A stretch of 64,000 nt of DNA from an archaeon (GTDB taxonomy: Archaea > Nanobdellota > Nanobdellia > Woesearchaeales > GW2011-AR9): contig JABHQR010000012.1 of the NCBI GenBank assembly GCA_018696395.1, positions 11,841 to 75,840 on the forward strand. Reading direction: 5' to 3'. Positions 1-9,538 of the stretch are shown piece by piece (within the stretch, counting starts at the first letter, position 1; each line of letters opens with the position of its first letter). A program made the translations under genes and the position numbers. The notes below the pieces were generated by a model. It was not told the DNA's origin and ran no database searches. It saw nothing but the letters and a program-made list of their open reading frames with translations.

Positions 1-151
1 TAATTAACTTGGCCATTTGCTAAATTTAACAAAATAGCCTTTACTGAAAAATAATTTTAAAATTAAATTTGGTAAACAATGTAAATTAGCAAATAAATGG
101 TTTAAGTTAACATAAACTTACTAATTGAGAGAAAATAAATATTATTGAAAA

Positions 152-979
152 ATGGCATATGAAAAACGTTTAGATGGAAGAAAGATAAATGAAACAAGGC
201 CGATGGAAGCTAAAGCTGGAGTAATACCTAATGCTGATGGTTCAGCATTTTTTAAAATAGGTGCAACTGCTGCTTATGCTGCTGTTTATGGTCCTAAAGA
301 AATGGTACCTAGATTTTTACAAGACCCTAAGGAAGGTCAAATTAGGTGTCATTATAACATGTTACCTTTTTCAGGATCAGGAGAAAGAATCCGGCCTGGG
401 AATAAAAGGAGATCACAAGAGATTTCTATGGTATTGAAAGCTGCACTTAAACCTGTTGTTGACTTAACAGATTTTCCTAACAGTGTAGTAGACATTCATG
501 TGGAGTTTCCTCAAACTGATGCTGGGTCAAGGTGTGCGGCTGTATGTGCAGCTTCGATTGCTTTAGCAGATGCAGGAATTCCTATGAAAGATATGATCAG
601 TTCAATAGCGGTTGGTCAAGTTGATGGTACTGTTGTTGCAGACTTAAACTATAATGAAGAAGCTTATGATGCAATTGTTTCAGATATTCCTGTTGCAATG
701 ACTAATAACAGTAAGCAAATAACTTTACTTCAAATGGATGGGGAAATTTCTAAAGAAGATTTAATGACCTCTTTAGAAATGGCTAAGGAAGTTTGTGAAG
801 AGATTTACATTGTTCAGAAAAATGCTTTGAAAGATAAGTACAAATTACCTGAGGGTTTTGTAGCTAAAAAACCTAAAACAAATGTAGAAAAATCAAATGA
901 TAAAGTTACTGAAGAAAAATCTAAACCAGAAACTGAATCATCTAACGAAAAAAGTAAAGAAGATAAAGAGAAACAATAA
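152..979 (+). CDS. rrp41: exosome complex exonuclease Rrp41 (RNase PH fold) with a Lys/Glu-rich C-terminal tail
   Basis: RNase-PH-type sequence (KRLDGR...IRPG, SRCAAVCAASIALADAGIP). Rrp42 follows 30 nt downstream on the same strand, the canonical archaeal exosome arrangement. Confidence 0.85.
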   Translation: MAYEKRLDGRKINETRPMEAKAGVIPNADGSAFFKIGATAAYAAVYGPKEMVPRFLQDPKEGQIRCHYNMLPFSGSGERIRPGNKRRSQEISMVLKAALKPVVDLTDFPNSVVDIHVEFPQTDAGSRCAAVCAASIALADAGIPMKDMISSIAVGQVDGTVVADLNYNEEAYDAIVSDIPVAMTNNSKQITLLQMDGEISKEDLMTSLEMAKEVCEEIYIVQKNALKDKYKLPEGFVAKKPKTNVEKSNDKVTEEKSKPETESSNEKSKEDKEKQ

Positions 980-1009
980 AAATTTTAATTAATTTGGAGT
1001 TTATTAAAA

Positions 1010-1810
1010 ATGATTAATAATACAAAAACAATAATTCAGTTAGCCTCTGAAGGTAAACGTCTAGATAACCGGGGACTTTTAGATTATAGGCAACCTATTA
1101 AAATTGAAACTAGTATTTCTAAATCAGCAGAAGGTTCAGCTAAAGTTACTATTGGTGATACTGTAGTACTTGCTGGGGTTAAAATGAGTTTAGAAAAACC
1201 ATACTCTGATTCTCCTAATGAAGGTGGGATTATGGTCAATGCAGAATTAATTCCATTATCTAGTTCCGAATATGAACCAGGTCCACCTGGGATAAAGGCA
1301 GTTGAATTAGCTAGAGTTACTGACCGTGGAATTAGGGAATCTCATGCAATAGATTTCAAAAAACTTTGTATTGAGAAGGGTGAAAAAGCTTGGTTCGTAA
1401 TTATTGACATTGTTCCTTTGAATGATGCAGGTAATCTTTTTGATGCAGCAGGATTGGCAGCATTAGCAGCTTTAAAAGAAACAAGATTAAGACCTATTGA
1501 TGAAAAAACTGGGGCAGTTGATTACAAGGGTACAACTGACACACCTTTGCCTTTACTAAAAGAGACATTATCAGTAACTGTTGGTAAAGTGGGTAATCAT
1601 TTAATGGTTGACCCAACAGTTGAAGAAGAGAGTTCTTTTAGTGCAAGATTAACTGTAGCTACAGATAAAACTGGAACTATCTCTGCTTTACAGAAGGGTG
1701 GCGATGAACCAATGACTATTGAAGAAGTTGGTCAAATTGTTGATATAGCTCTTGATAAAGCTAAATTTTTAAGGTCAATAATGGACGAATGTTTTAAAAA
1801 TAAAAAATAA
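1010..1810 (+). CDS. rrp42: exosome complex subunit Rrp42 (inactive RNase PH-like)
   Basis: RNase PH-like fold, 266 aa, immediately downstream of rrp41. 'GGR' replaces the catalytic motif, as in Rrp42. Confidence 0.85.
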   Translation: MINNTKTIIQLASEGKRLDNRGLLDYRQPIKIETSISKSAEGSAKVTIGDTVVLAGVKMSLEKPYSDSPNEGGIMVNAELIPLSSSEYEPGPPGIKAVELARVTDRGIRESHAIDFKKLCIEKGEKAWFVIIDIVPLNDAGNLFDAAGLAALAALKETRLRPIDEKTGAVDYKGTTDTPLPLLKETLSVTVGKVGNHLMVDPTVEEESSFSARLTVATDKTGTISALQKGGDEPMTIEEVGQIVDIALDKAKFLRSIMDECFKNKK

Positions 1811-1844
1811 TACTGGTAATAAATAAACTAGGGAGTGATCTTTA

Positions 1845-2096
1845 ATGGCAAAAAAATCTGATAAAATAATTGAATTAAAAAAATCTGATCTTAAAGATTA
1901 TACTAAGTATGAGAAAGCTAGAATGGTTGGTTCTCGAGCTTTACAATTGTCAATGGGCGCACCTTTCCTTTTGAAAATATCTAAAAAAGAGTTAGAAAAG
2001 GTAAGTTATAATCCAATTCAAGTTGCATTAAAAGAATTTGAAGCGGGGGTTATCCCAATAACAGTAAAGAGACCTGCACCTGGTGAAAAGAAGTAA
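1845..2096 (+). CDS. rpoK: DNA-directed RNA polymerase subunit K (Rpo6/RpoK)
   Basis: 83 aa with [20 protein letters not shown], matching the Rpo6 signature (ARIIGARALQI). It sits at the exosome superoperon position. An SD-like GGGAGTG lies upstream. Confidence 0.7.
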   Translation: MAKKSDKIIELKKSDLKDYTKYEKARMVGSRALQLSMGAPFLLKISKKELEKVSYNPIQVALKEFEAGVIPITVKRPAPGEKK

Positions 2097-2273
2097 CAAG
2101 AAAAGCAGTAGGCCTTTCTTTATATTTTTTCTTTTTCTTTAAATTTATATTTTTTAATTCCACTTTTTAAGTGTTAAATCGATTCTAACCAATAGTTTTT
2201 AATATTCTTTGTTTTTTAATAAGACATTATCTTATTTTAATTAAAAATAAATTAAATAATACTGGTTAACAAA

Positions 2274-2648
2274 ATGGAAAAAGAAATTTATCTTGAAAAA
2301 TTGGAAAAATATTTCTCAGTAACTAAAGAAGCTTTAGAAAAAGCTTCTGTTGCACTCGATGAAAGAAGGATGGCTGATGCTAAAGATTTTTTTAATATGA
2401 TTCAATGTTATTACAATGATGCTAAACATTTCTTTAACAAAGGGGATTATGTTAATGCATTTGCTGCTTTGAACTATGCTCATGGTTGGTTAGATGCTGG
2501 TGCTAGGATAAGGTTGTTTAAAGTTGACGATAGTAGGTTGTTTACTGTTGATAAAGAACATGCAATTGAAAAAGATTGTTGTTGTAGTGGGTGTCACGAA
2601 TCTTGCTCTGATGGGCATGTTGATGATTTTAAAATTCAAAAAGATTAA
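2274..2648 (+). CDS. hypothetical alpha-helical protein with Cys/His-rich C-terminus (CCCSGCHESCSDGH); possible metal binding
   Basis: Clean 124-aa ORF in an intergenic-free context. No family recognised. Confidence 0.45.
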   Translation: MEKEIYLEKLEKYFSVTKEALEKASVALDERRMADAKDFFNMIQCYYNDAKHFFNKGDYVNAFAALNYAHGWLDAGARIRLFKVDDSRLFTVDKEHAIEKDCCCSGCHESCSDGHVDDFKIQKD

Positions 2649-2807
2649 TCTCATGGGAAAACTTGCCTAAAATAAGCTTATTTTACTTATTTTGATTTGA
2701 TACTACTCTTTAGTAAAAAAAGAAACGAAACATTTATAAAGGAATTGAATTCTTAATCTTCTAACAAGTTTTAATCAATACAAGAGAGGTCTGAGTGATG
2801 TGTTTTT

Positions 2808-2841
2808 ATGCATAAAAATATTGAAAAGATATTTTTGGCAT
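2808..2841. promoter_or_regulatory. imperfect palindrome ATGCATAAAAATAT-N7-ATATTTTTGGCAT upstream of the trmB-family regulator; candidate operator
   Basis: Inverted repeat read directly from the sequence, ~50 nt upstream of the 2890 start codon. Confidence 0.3.
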
Positions 2842-2889
2842 CTTAAAAATCGGGTTGACTTGATTTTTATGATATAGGAGGATATTACA

Positions 2890-3675
2890 ATGATTGTACA
2901 AAAAGACTTTTTGGCGAAGTTAAAGGATTTTGGCCTAAATTCTTACGAAAGTAAGTTATGGGTAGCACTATTGTCCAGAGGGGTTTCTACTGCTGGGGAA
3001 TTATCTGACATTTCTAATGTTCCTAGGTCTAGGGCTTATGATGTTTTGGAATCTTTAGAAAAGAAAGGGTTTATCGTAGTTAAGATTGGTAAACCAATTA
3101 AATATTTGGCTGTTCATCCTAATGAAGTTGTTGAACGAGTTAAAAAAAGAATTTCTGATGAAGCATCTCAAAAAAGTAAAATTTTAGAAAATTTAAAAGA
3201 GAGTGATATCTTAAAAGAACTTGATACTTTACATTCATCTGGTATAAAGATGGTTGATCCAACTGATAAATCAGCGTCTTTCAGGGGAAGAGAAAAAGTT
3301 TATGATCACTTAAATTTCTTGTTTAAGAGTTCTAAAAAAAGTATTCATTTAATGACTACAAAAGACGGTTTAGATAGAAAAAGTGAAGTTCTAATGAAAC
3401 CTTTGAAAAAAGCAGCTTCTAGGGGAGTTGATATTAAGATTTTTGCTCCTACGAACGCTAATAAAAAAGTAGTTAACAGTTTATCTCAATTTGCAAAAAT
3501 TAAATCAACTAAGGATGTTTCAAGGTTTTGTGTTATTGATAATAAAAGTTTAGTATTATTAATGACTGATGATCAGAAGACACACCCTAGTTATGATAGT
3601 GCAGTTTGGGTAGAAGCACCACATTTTGTAAATTACTTTACCACTTTGTTTGAAAGGGAGTGGAAAAATAGTTAG
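2890..3675 (+). CDS. TrmB-family transcriptional regulator (N-terminal winged HTH plus C-terminal effector domain)
   Basis: N-terminal region (LNSYESKLWVALLSRGVSTAGELSDISNVPRSRAYDVLESLEKKGFIV) matches the TrmB HTH. Length is 261 aa. GGAGGAT sits 7 nt before the ATG. Confidence 0.75.
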   Translation: MIVQKDFLAKLKDFGLNSYESKLWVALLSRGVSTAGELSDISNVPRSRAYDVLESLEKKGFIVVKIGKPIKYLAVHPNEVVERVKKRISDEASQKSKILENLKESDILKELDTLHSSGIKMVDPTDKSASFRGREKVYDHLNFLFKSSKKSIHLMTTKDGLDRKSEVLMKPLKKAASRGVDIKIFAPTNANKKVVNSLSQFAKIKSTKDVSRFCVIDNKSLVLLMTDDQKTHPSYDSAVWVEAPHFVNYFTTLFEREWKNS

Positions 3676-3806
3676 AAAACTGTTTAATATTTTCTTATTT
3701 TTTCTTTATATCTTCTAATTAATTAAAAATATTTTGAATGGTATTTTAACAAATCTAATTTGTTTTAAACAAAACATATTTATATCAAGATATATTCTTT
3801 AATTTT

Positions 3807-4154
3807 ATGTCAAACTTAAAACAAGTTATAATTGTACGTCAAGATCTTAAATTACCTAAGGGTAAAGCTTGTGCTCAGGCATCACACGCATCTGTAGAAG
3901 CAGTTTTAAAGGCTGATGGTGGTTTGGTAAAGAAATGGCGAATGTCAGGTATGGCTAAAATTGTTCTTAAAGTTCAAGATGAAAAAGAGTTAATTAAGTA
4001 TTTTCAATTAGCTAAAGAACAAGGGTTAGCAGTGTCATTGATAACTGACGCAGGAAGAACTGTTATCGCTCCTGGAACTAAGACTGCTGTTGGCATAGGT
4101 CCTGCTGAAGAAGAAGAGGTTGACAAAGTTTGTGGTGATCTGAGTTTGTTATGA
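3807..4154 (+). CDS. pth2: peptidyl-tRNA hydrolase, archaeal type (Pth2)
   Basis: 115 aa, KQVIIVRQDLKLPKGKACAQASHAS...AKIVLKV...GPAEEEEVDKVCGDL, a typical Pth2 sequence. Confidence 0.85.
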   Translation: MSNLKQVIIVRQDLKLPKGKACAQASHASVEAVLKADGGLVKKWRMSGMAKIVLKVQDEKELIKYFQLAKEQGLAVSLITDAGRTVIAPGTKTAVGIGPAEEEEVDKVCGDLSLL

Positions 4155-4305
4155 TCCTGATTAATTTTTTAATTACAATTTTTAACTATGATTCTAATTA
4201 ATGTTAATGGTATTAATTCTTTTCCAATATTGACATTATCTAGTCAAAAACTTTATAAAGGAGTCACTTTCTTAAAGCTTAAATTAAGATTAATTGTGAT
4301 ATAAG

Positions 4306-4614
4306 ATGAAAATTCCAAAAGTAATGAAAAGATTGTGCAAAAAATGTAAAACGCACACAGAACATAAAGTTGCTCAAAATAAAAGGAAGACTGCTAGTTC
4401 ATTAAGTAAAGGTTCTAAAGTTAGAGCACGAGACAGAGGATTAGCAAGAGGTACAGGCAACTTAGGAAGGTACTCAAAACCGGCTGTAACTAAGTTTAAG
4501 CGGTCTGGAGCAAAGAATACTAAAAAGACTGATTTAAGATACACTTGTCAAAAATGTAAAAAAATCAGTTGTCAAGCTAGTGGTATAAGAGCTAAAAGAG
4601 TAGAATTTGTTTAA
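4306..4614 (+). CDS. rpl44e: 50S ribosomal protein L44e (eL42)
   Basis: Basic protein with zinc-ribbon pairs CKKCK...CQKCKK and GKRRYDRKQSGYGGQTK-like core. Sits upstream of S27e as in the conserved archaeal cluster. Confidence 0.85.
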   Translation: MKIPKVMKRLCKKCKTHTEHKVAQNKRKTASSLSKGSKVRARDRGLARGTGNLGRYSKPAVTKFKRSGAKNTKKTDLRYTCQKCKKISCQASGIRAKRVEFV

Positions 4615-4661
4615 ATTACTTATTTTAAATTATACAACTATATTAATTAAGGTTAAATAAA

Positions 4662-4838
4662 ATGGATAAGACAAAAAGTAAATTTATTAAGGTAAGATGT
4701 CCTAAATGTAAGAACGAACAGATAATTTTTGGCAATTCAAGCAATATTGTAAACTGTTTAGTGTGTGATAAAGAGTTAGTTTATCCTACTGGCGGTAAAT
4801 CTAAAATTTCTGCAAGGGTTCTAGAAATCTTATCTTAA
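4662..4838 (+). CDS. rps27e: 30S ribosomal protein S27e (eS27)
   Basis: Hand-called 58-aa ORF not in the track: MDKTKSKFIKVRCPKCKNEQIIFGNSSNIVNCLVCDKELVYPTGGKSKISARVLEILS. C4 zinc ribbon typical of S27e, between L44e and aIF2alpha. Confidence 0.8.
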   Translation: MDKTKSKFIKVRCPKCKNEQIIFGNSSNIVNCLVCDKELVYPTGGKSKISARVLEILS

Positions 4839-4938
4839 TTTAATTGATTTTATTCAAATTAATTTTATTAATTTAAAATCAATAAATTGAAATTTAACAT
4901 TACAATTTTAGGATACATTAACAGGTGAAATTTTAAAA

Positions 4939-5727
4939 ATGCATTATAAAAGGAAAGGTATACCAGAAGAGGATGAGATTGTCCTTTGTAAGGTAACTAA
5001 AATTTTTCCAAATTCTGTTTTCGCTGATTTATTAGAATATAATGATTCTGGTATGATTCATATCTCTGAAGTATCTCCTGGTAGAATCAGAAACATTAGG
5101 GATTATGTTAGTGTTGGTCGACAAGTTGTTTGTAAAGTTCTAAGAATTGATCGTGAAAAGGGACATATTGATTTATCTTTAAGAAGAGTTAACACTCATC
5201 AAAGAAGAGAAAAATTAGAAGAAATTAAACAAGAACTTAAATCTGAAACTTTGATAAAAAATTTAGCAAAAAAAATTGGGATTCCTGATAAAAAATTGTA
5301 CGATTTAATTAGTAAACCTGTTTTTAATGATTATTCTCATTTACATCTTTTTTTTAGGGGTATTGTTTCTGGTGATGTTAATCCAGAAGAACAAGGTATT
5401 GATAAAAAAATATCAGATGAATTAGTAATTGCAGTAAAAGAAAAATTTAAAGAACCAAAAGTTTTATTTCAAGGTGTAATATATCTACATACTTTTGATG
5501 TTAATGGGCTAGAAAAAGTACAAAAAGTTTTAACTGAAGTTGAAAAAATTTCTAGTAATTTAACAGTAACTTATTTGGGTGCAGGTAAGTATAAATTTAT
5601 TCTTGAAGAAAAAGATTATAAAATTGCTGAAAAATATTTGAAAAATATTCAAGATATACTTGAAACATTCAATGATAAAATTTCAACTTCTGAGTTTACA
5701 CGTAGAAAAGCTGAAATTGAAAATTAA
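4939..5727 (+). CDS. eif2a: translation initiation factor 2 alpha subunit (aIF2alpha)
   Basis: N-terminal S1 domain (EDEIVLCKVTKI...GMIHISEVSPGRIRNIRDYV), 262 aa. Position matches the conserved L44e-S27e-aIF2a-Nop10 cluster. Confidence 0.85.
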   Translation: MHYKRKGIPEEDEIVLCKVTKIFPNSVFADLLEYNDSGMIHISEVSPGRIRNIRDYVSVGRQVVCKVLRIDREKGHIDLSLRRVNTHQRREKLEEIKQELKSETLIKNLAKKIGIPDKKLYDLISKPVFNDYSHLHLFFRGIVSGDVNPEEQGIDKKISDELVIAVKEKFKEPKVLFQGVIYLHTFDVNGLEKVQKVLTEVEKISSNLTVTYLGAGKYKFILEEKDYKIAEKYLKNIQDILETFNDKISTSEFTRRKAEIEN

Positions 5728-5751
5728 CAATAACAACAAACAATTATCAAA

Positions 5752-5928
5752 ATGAAACATATCCTGTTCTGTTCTGAATGTAAGAAATATTCTATGAAAG
5801 AAGAATGTCCTAATTGTAAAAATAGAACTGTTCTTGCCAAACCACCAAAATATTCTTCTAAAGATAAATATGATGGATATCGAAGAAAAGCTAAAGAACA
5901 AGAATTAAAAGAAAAAGGATTGTTGTAA
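5752..5928 (+). CDS. nop10: H/ACA ribonucleoprotein Nop10
   Basis: Hand-called 58-aa ORF: MKHILFCSECKKYSMKEECPNCKNRTVLAKPPKYSSKDKYDGYRRKAKEQ, a Nop10 zinc ribbon plus KYxxKxxRR tail, immediately after aIF2alpha. Confidence 0.75.
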   Translation: MKHILFCSECKKYSMKEECPNCKNRTVLAKPPKYSSKDKYDGYRRKAKEQELKEKGLL

Positions 5929-5941
5929 GAATAATTAAAAA

Positions 5942-6403
5942 TTAAACTTTATAATTGGATGGATCTTCTACAAACGCAATAACTTCATTTAGTATTCTGT
6001 AAGCGTATGTGTGGACATTATTTCTTAAATTGTTTGTTACTTTTGGAAGAAGTTGTAATTCTACTGTATAACCATCTACTCCTACCCATACATTTGAACA
6101 TTCTTCGAATTTAGCTTTATCAGCTTCTTCAACACCCATTATGTTTGGATCATTAAATCCTCTTTGTGTTTGATAATCTACTTCAGAATCCACTAATGAT
6201 GTTTTTTCTTCTAATAATTCAATAAGTTCATCTTTATTTAAATTTGAAATATTTCCAGCATATTTTGCATCAACTAAGTACCTAGAAAAAGTCATTCCAT
6301 CTGGAGCTAAATAATCAACCACTCTGTTAATACCTTCCATTTTCATACATAAAGTCCCTTGTGGTAATTTTCTAATATTTCTTAAAATGTTTTGATTATT
6401 CAT
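5942..6403 (-). CDS. hypothetical protein
   Basis: 153-aa ORF convergent with nop10. No recognisable motif. Confidence 0.4.
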   Translation of the reverse strand: MNNQNILRNIRKLPQGTLCMKMEGINRVVDYLAPDGMTFSRYLVDAKYAGNISNLNKDELIELLEEKTSLVDSEVDYQTQRGFNDPNIMGVEEADKAKFEECSNVWVGVDGYTVELQLLPKVTNNLRNNVHTYAYRILNEVIAFVEDPSNYKV

Positions 6404-6494
6404 ATCTTTAGAAATTAAATCATTTTTTATAAATGTTTTGGTTTGTTTTTACTAGTTAGTAATTAATCTTCAAACAAAAAAGAAAAAGTGAAAC

Positions 6495-7304
6495 CTAACC
6501 AATATAACTTTGTTCACTATTTTTTGGTTTAGCTCCTGCTTGGTTTGATTTTCCTGAATCGACTAACCATTCCTTTGTTTTTTTCATGATCTCATTTTCT
6601 ATCTCTAAAATTTCTTTTCCAAGTCTTTTGATATCAATTTTTAATTTATATTTTTTATTCAGTACTTTAACAATTTCTTTTGCTCCTTTAACTCCTAGGT
6701 ACATCTGATGTCCAAAAGTTTCAGCTAAGAACGCTGCAGAATTAATCTTATACCTTCTAGACATCCCCACTAAAATTCCTGAGACTCCCATGATGGGGCC
6801 CACAACTCCAAATATGTTTGTATGTAATCCTGACTTAGAATTTTTAAGTTCTTTAAGGTATTCTTTACTATTGGCTGTACAATATACTTTTGGTTTGTCG
6901 GGGATATTTTGTAATCCAATGCCCCCTGTGGTAATAATTTCTTTACAATGATATTCTTTAACAAGTTTAATTATAGTTTCACAAAAACTGTAACAACTTG
7001 CTTCATCAATTGGTTGAACATCTCCTGATAAAAGAAGTAAATCTCTTTTCTTTTTATCTTTGAACTTTTTATAATATAATTCTATTTTTGGCATTTCAAC
7101 TAAATTACTTTCATTAACAAAAACTGAATGAGGAAAATGATGGGAATGAAACGTGCAAAGTTTATTCGCTTTTAATTCTTCAATTAAGAAATCTACTGCA
7201 ATTTTACCTACGTTAGCTATTCCTGGTAACCCTTCAATTAAAATAGGGTTGTGTAAATTAACTTTTCTTTTATTTACATGATTGACTTTCCAAAATTTTT
7301 CCAT
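6495..7304 (-). CDS. PAC2 (proteasome assembly chaperone 2)-family protein
   Basis: IEGLPGIANVGKIAVDFLIEEL near the N-terminus, characteristic of the PAC2/COG1938 family. Length 269 aa. Confidence 0.6.
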   Translation of the reverse strand: MEKFWKVNHVNKRKVNLHNPILIEGLPGIANVGKIAVDFLIEELKANKLCTFHSHHFPHSVFVNESNLVEMPKIELYYKKFKDKKKRDLLLLSGDVQPIDEASCYSFCETIIKLVKEYHCKEIITTGGIGLQNIPDKPKVYCTANSKEYLKELKNSKSGLHTNIFGVVGPIMGVSGILVGMSRRYKINSAAFLAETFGHQMYLGVKGAKEIVKVLNKKYKLKIDIKRLGKEILEIENEIMKKTKEWLVDSGKSNQAGAKPKNSEQSYIG

Positions 7305-7364
7305 GGGTTATTAATAGAATTTTAATGTTTATATATTTTGGGGTAAAGGGTATTAAGAAAAATA

Positions 7365-7448
7365 TGCGAAGGAAGGGGTTCGAACCCTCGCACTCACTAA
7401 GAGACTAGCCCCTCAAGCTAGCGCATTTGACCACTCTGCCACCTTCGC
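7365..7448 (-). tRNA. tRNA-Leu (anticodon GAG), class II, no intron
   Basis: Reverse-complement folds by hand: acceptor GCGAAGG/CCTTCGC with discriminator A, D stem GCA/TGC, anticodon stem CTAGC/GCTAG with loop TTGAGGG, 15-nt variable arm, T arm GAGGG-TTCGAAC-CCCTT. CCA is not encoded. Confidence 0.7.
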
Positions 7449-7458
7449 GTAAATTTAT

Positions 7459-7854
7459 TTATTTTAAATTATTAATCACTAATTCTTTGAAACCAGTTTG
7501 ATGATCAAACTCTCTTGAAAAATTAAATTTTTTTAATTCAATTATCACTATCTCGGCTGTTGTATGAATAATACAACCTTTTTTTAGATGTCCCCCAATT
7601 GTATGTCCTAAATTATCTGAAACTGAAATGTGGGTATGGTTTCCATCTTGTGATAAAGTACCAATTAAAGAAACAATTTCAAAATTACCCTTAAATAGTT
7701 TAACTTGTTCGTTAGATAACCTAACTGTTAATTTTTTTAAACTTCCCACGCAAGTTAAAATTGCCCCTGCTTGAATGTTTTTATCTTTAGAAAATTTATT
7801 TAATTCCTCTTTTAAATCTTGGTTGGGTTTTAATCTAATTGCATGAATTTCCAT
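7459..7854 (-). CDS. PPC/DUF296-domain protein (PD1-like DNA-binding fold)
   Basis: 131 aa with EIVSLIGTLSQDGNHTHISVSDNLGHTIGGHLKKGCIIHTTAEIVI, matching the DUF296 His/Gly-rich core. Confidence 0.55.
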   Translation of the reverse strand: MEIHAIRLKPNQDLKEELNKFSKDKNIQAGAILTCVGSLKKLTVRLSNEQVKLFKGNFEIVSLIGTLSQDGNHTHISVSDNLGHTIGGHLKKGCIIHTTAEIVIIELKKFNFSREFDHQTGFKELVINNLK

Positions 7855-7946
7855 AATTAGTTTATTATTAAGATTATTTAAAAATTTTATGACTTATGTT
7901 AAGTTTATTACAAGAAATTAAATGAAAATAAAAAAAGTGTTAGAAA

Positions 7947-8222
7947 TCAAAATGATTCTTCTTCAATCAATGCACAAGCACTTTCCACACACTTTGCTTT
8001 TGCTTGACCACAATCTAATGTGTCAGGTTCGCAGTTAGCTGTACATAGTACTCCATTACAATCCGGTGCATTATCATTGTTAACAACATCAGTTGCATGA
8101 CAACATTGTGCTGCAGTACAATCAGAATCTTCAGTACAAACTTTTTCTGGGGATACATAATTACAAGACGTTATTAAAACTAGTAACATGATTATTCCTA
8201 TTGTAAAAATAATTTTTTTCAT
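7947..8222 (-). CDS. small secreted cysteine-rich protein (Sec signal peptide, lipobox-like ITSC, 12 Cys in ~70 mature residues)
   Basis: N-terminal MKKIIFTIGIIMLLVLITSC signal. Mature part Cys-dense (CTEDSDCTAAQCCH...CNGVLCTANCEPDTLDCG...CVESAC). Confidence 0.5.
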   Translation of the reverse strand: MKKIIFTIGIIMLLVLITSCNYVSPEKVCTEDSDCTAAQCCHATDVVNNDNAPDCNGVLCTANCEPDTLDCGQAKAKCVESACALIEEESF

Positions 8223-8233
8223 TTTATCTTCCT

Positions 8234-9538
8234 CTATTTTTGAAATTCTTCTTTAAACTTTAATTGTTCATTAATTTCTCCACGCAGATTTGTTGCTAAC
8301 AAACCTTTAACTTCTTCAATTGGGTGATTAGCTAATAACCAAGATAATTTAATGTGTGCAGTTTCGGGTAACATATCTTCACAAAAAATACAACCAATTT
8401 CTGCCAATCTTCTAAGGTTTGTATAAACTGATGGATTTACTCTGCCATACAAGCATTGTGATGTTATACCAACAATTCCACCTCTTTTGATAAATTTTTG
8501 TAATGATTCATGATTTTTCAGATTTTCTCCTACGTTAGTTGGCGCATGTCCTAATCCAGTACCTTCAATGATTATTCCTCTGAAACTTTTAGTAAAAAAT
8601 TCGAACACTTTAGGATTCATATTAGTATGTGTTTTTAATAATCCTACTTCAGTTGAAAATTTATCTTTTAATAATATTAAATCTTGACTTTTCTTGCTTT
8701 TACTTTCTATTTTTTTATGATAATCTTTTTTCAAAAACTCTACTTTTTTAGTTTTGTAATCAACTAAAGCAATTGGGTTATCATTAATTGGTTTGAAAGC
8801 ATCTCTTCTACTAGTGTGCATTTTCCTACTTTTAGTTGCAGACAGAATTGCACATTTATTATCATCTGCGGTATTATGCATACAGATGGCAATTCCTGCA
8901 AAATCAGATCTAGAAATAAATTCGGAAGCACAAATTAAATTCATTGCTGCATCAGAACTTCCTCTGTCAGATGATCTTTGTGAACCAACAATCAAAATAG
9001 GTATGTTAATCTTTTCAAACATAAATGCTAATGCTGTTGCAGTATGCGTTAATGTGTCTGTACCATGCCCTAAGATAATTCCATCAACACCCTTCTTTGC
9101 ATATTTTTGAATAGCTTTTGCAATCTTTTGATAATCTGTGAAAAACATGTCTTCTGACATCATATTGGAAATTAGTTCAGTTTCGAAATTTGCAATTTCT
9201 GATAATTCCGGGACCATCTTTAACAAATCTGAAGCAGAAAACTTTGCACTAACTCCTCCTGATTCATAATCCACTTTTGATGCTATTGTTCCACCTGTGT
9301 GTAATACTGCGATTGTTTGAAGTTTAGAATTAATTTTTTGTTTGATGATTTTTTCATGTTTATTAACTTTCTTTTCCAAAACTTTCATTTCAATTATTTT
9401 TTTCTTATCAAATCCAATATTGTATCCATTTGATTCTAATTTGATTATTACAACACCTTCTTCAAAGCTAGGCATTAAAATACCCTCTTCAGTAGCTTGT
9501 TTTGTTTTAATTATAACTTTATCACCTGTGTTTGCCAT
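8234..9538 (-). CDS. gatD: Glu-tRNA(Gln) amidotransferase subunit D (GatD)
   Basis: 434 aa. Asparaginase-type motifs LHTGGTIAS and ILGHGTDTL, plus the ~90-aa N-terminal extension typical of GatD. Confidence 0.8.
   Translation of the reverse strand: MANTGDKVIIKTKQATEEGILMPSFEEGVVIIKLESNGYNIGFDKKKIIEMKVLEKKVNKHEKIIKQKINSKLQTIAVLHTGGTIASKVDYESGGVSAKFSASDLLKMVPELSEIANFETELISNMMSEDMFFTDYQKIAKAIQKYAKKGVDGIILGHGTDTLTHTATALAFMFEKINIPILIVGSQRSSDRGSSDAAMNLICASEFISRSDFAGIAICMHNTADDNKCAILSATKSRKMHTSRRDAFKPINDNPIALVDYKTKKVEFLKKDYHKKIESKSKKSQDLILLKDKFSTEVGLLKTHTNMNPKVFEFFTKSFRGIIIEGTGLGHAPTNVGENLKNHESLQKFIKRGGIVGITSQCLYGRVNPSVYTNLRRLAEIGCIFCEDMLPETAHIKLSWLLANHPIEEVKGLLATNLRGEINEQLKFKEEFQK

Noticed and set aside
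5683-5901. 72-aa minus-strand ORF overlapping the aIF2alpha end and nop10
   Set aside because: It is antisense to two well-supported conserved genes. It is phenylalanine-rich, as expected from translating AT-rich antisense sequence.
6770-6964. 64-aa ORF inside the PAC2-family gene (other frame)
   Set aside because: It lies entirely within a longer, motif-supported ORF and has no signals of its own.
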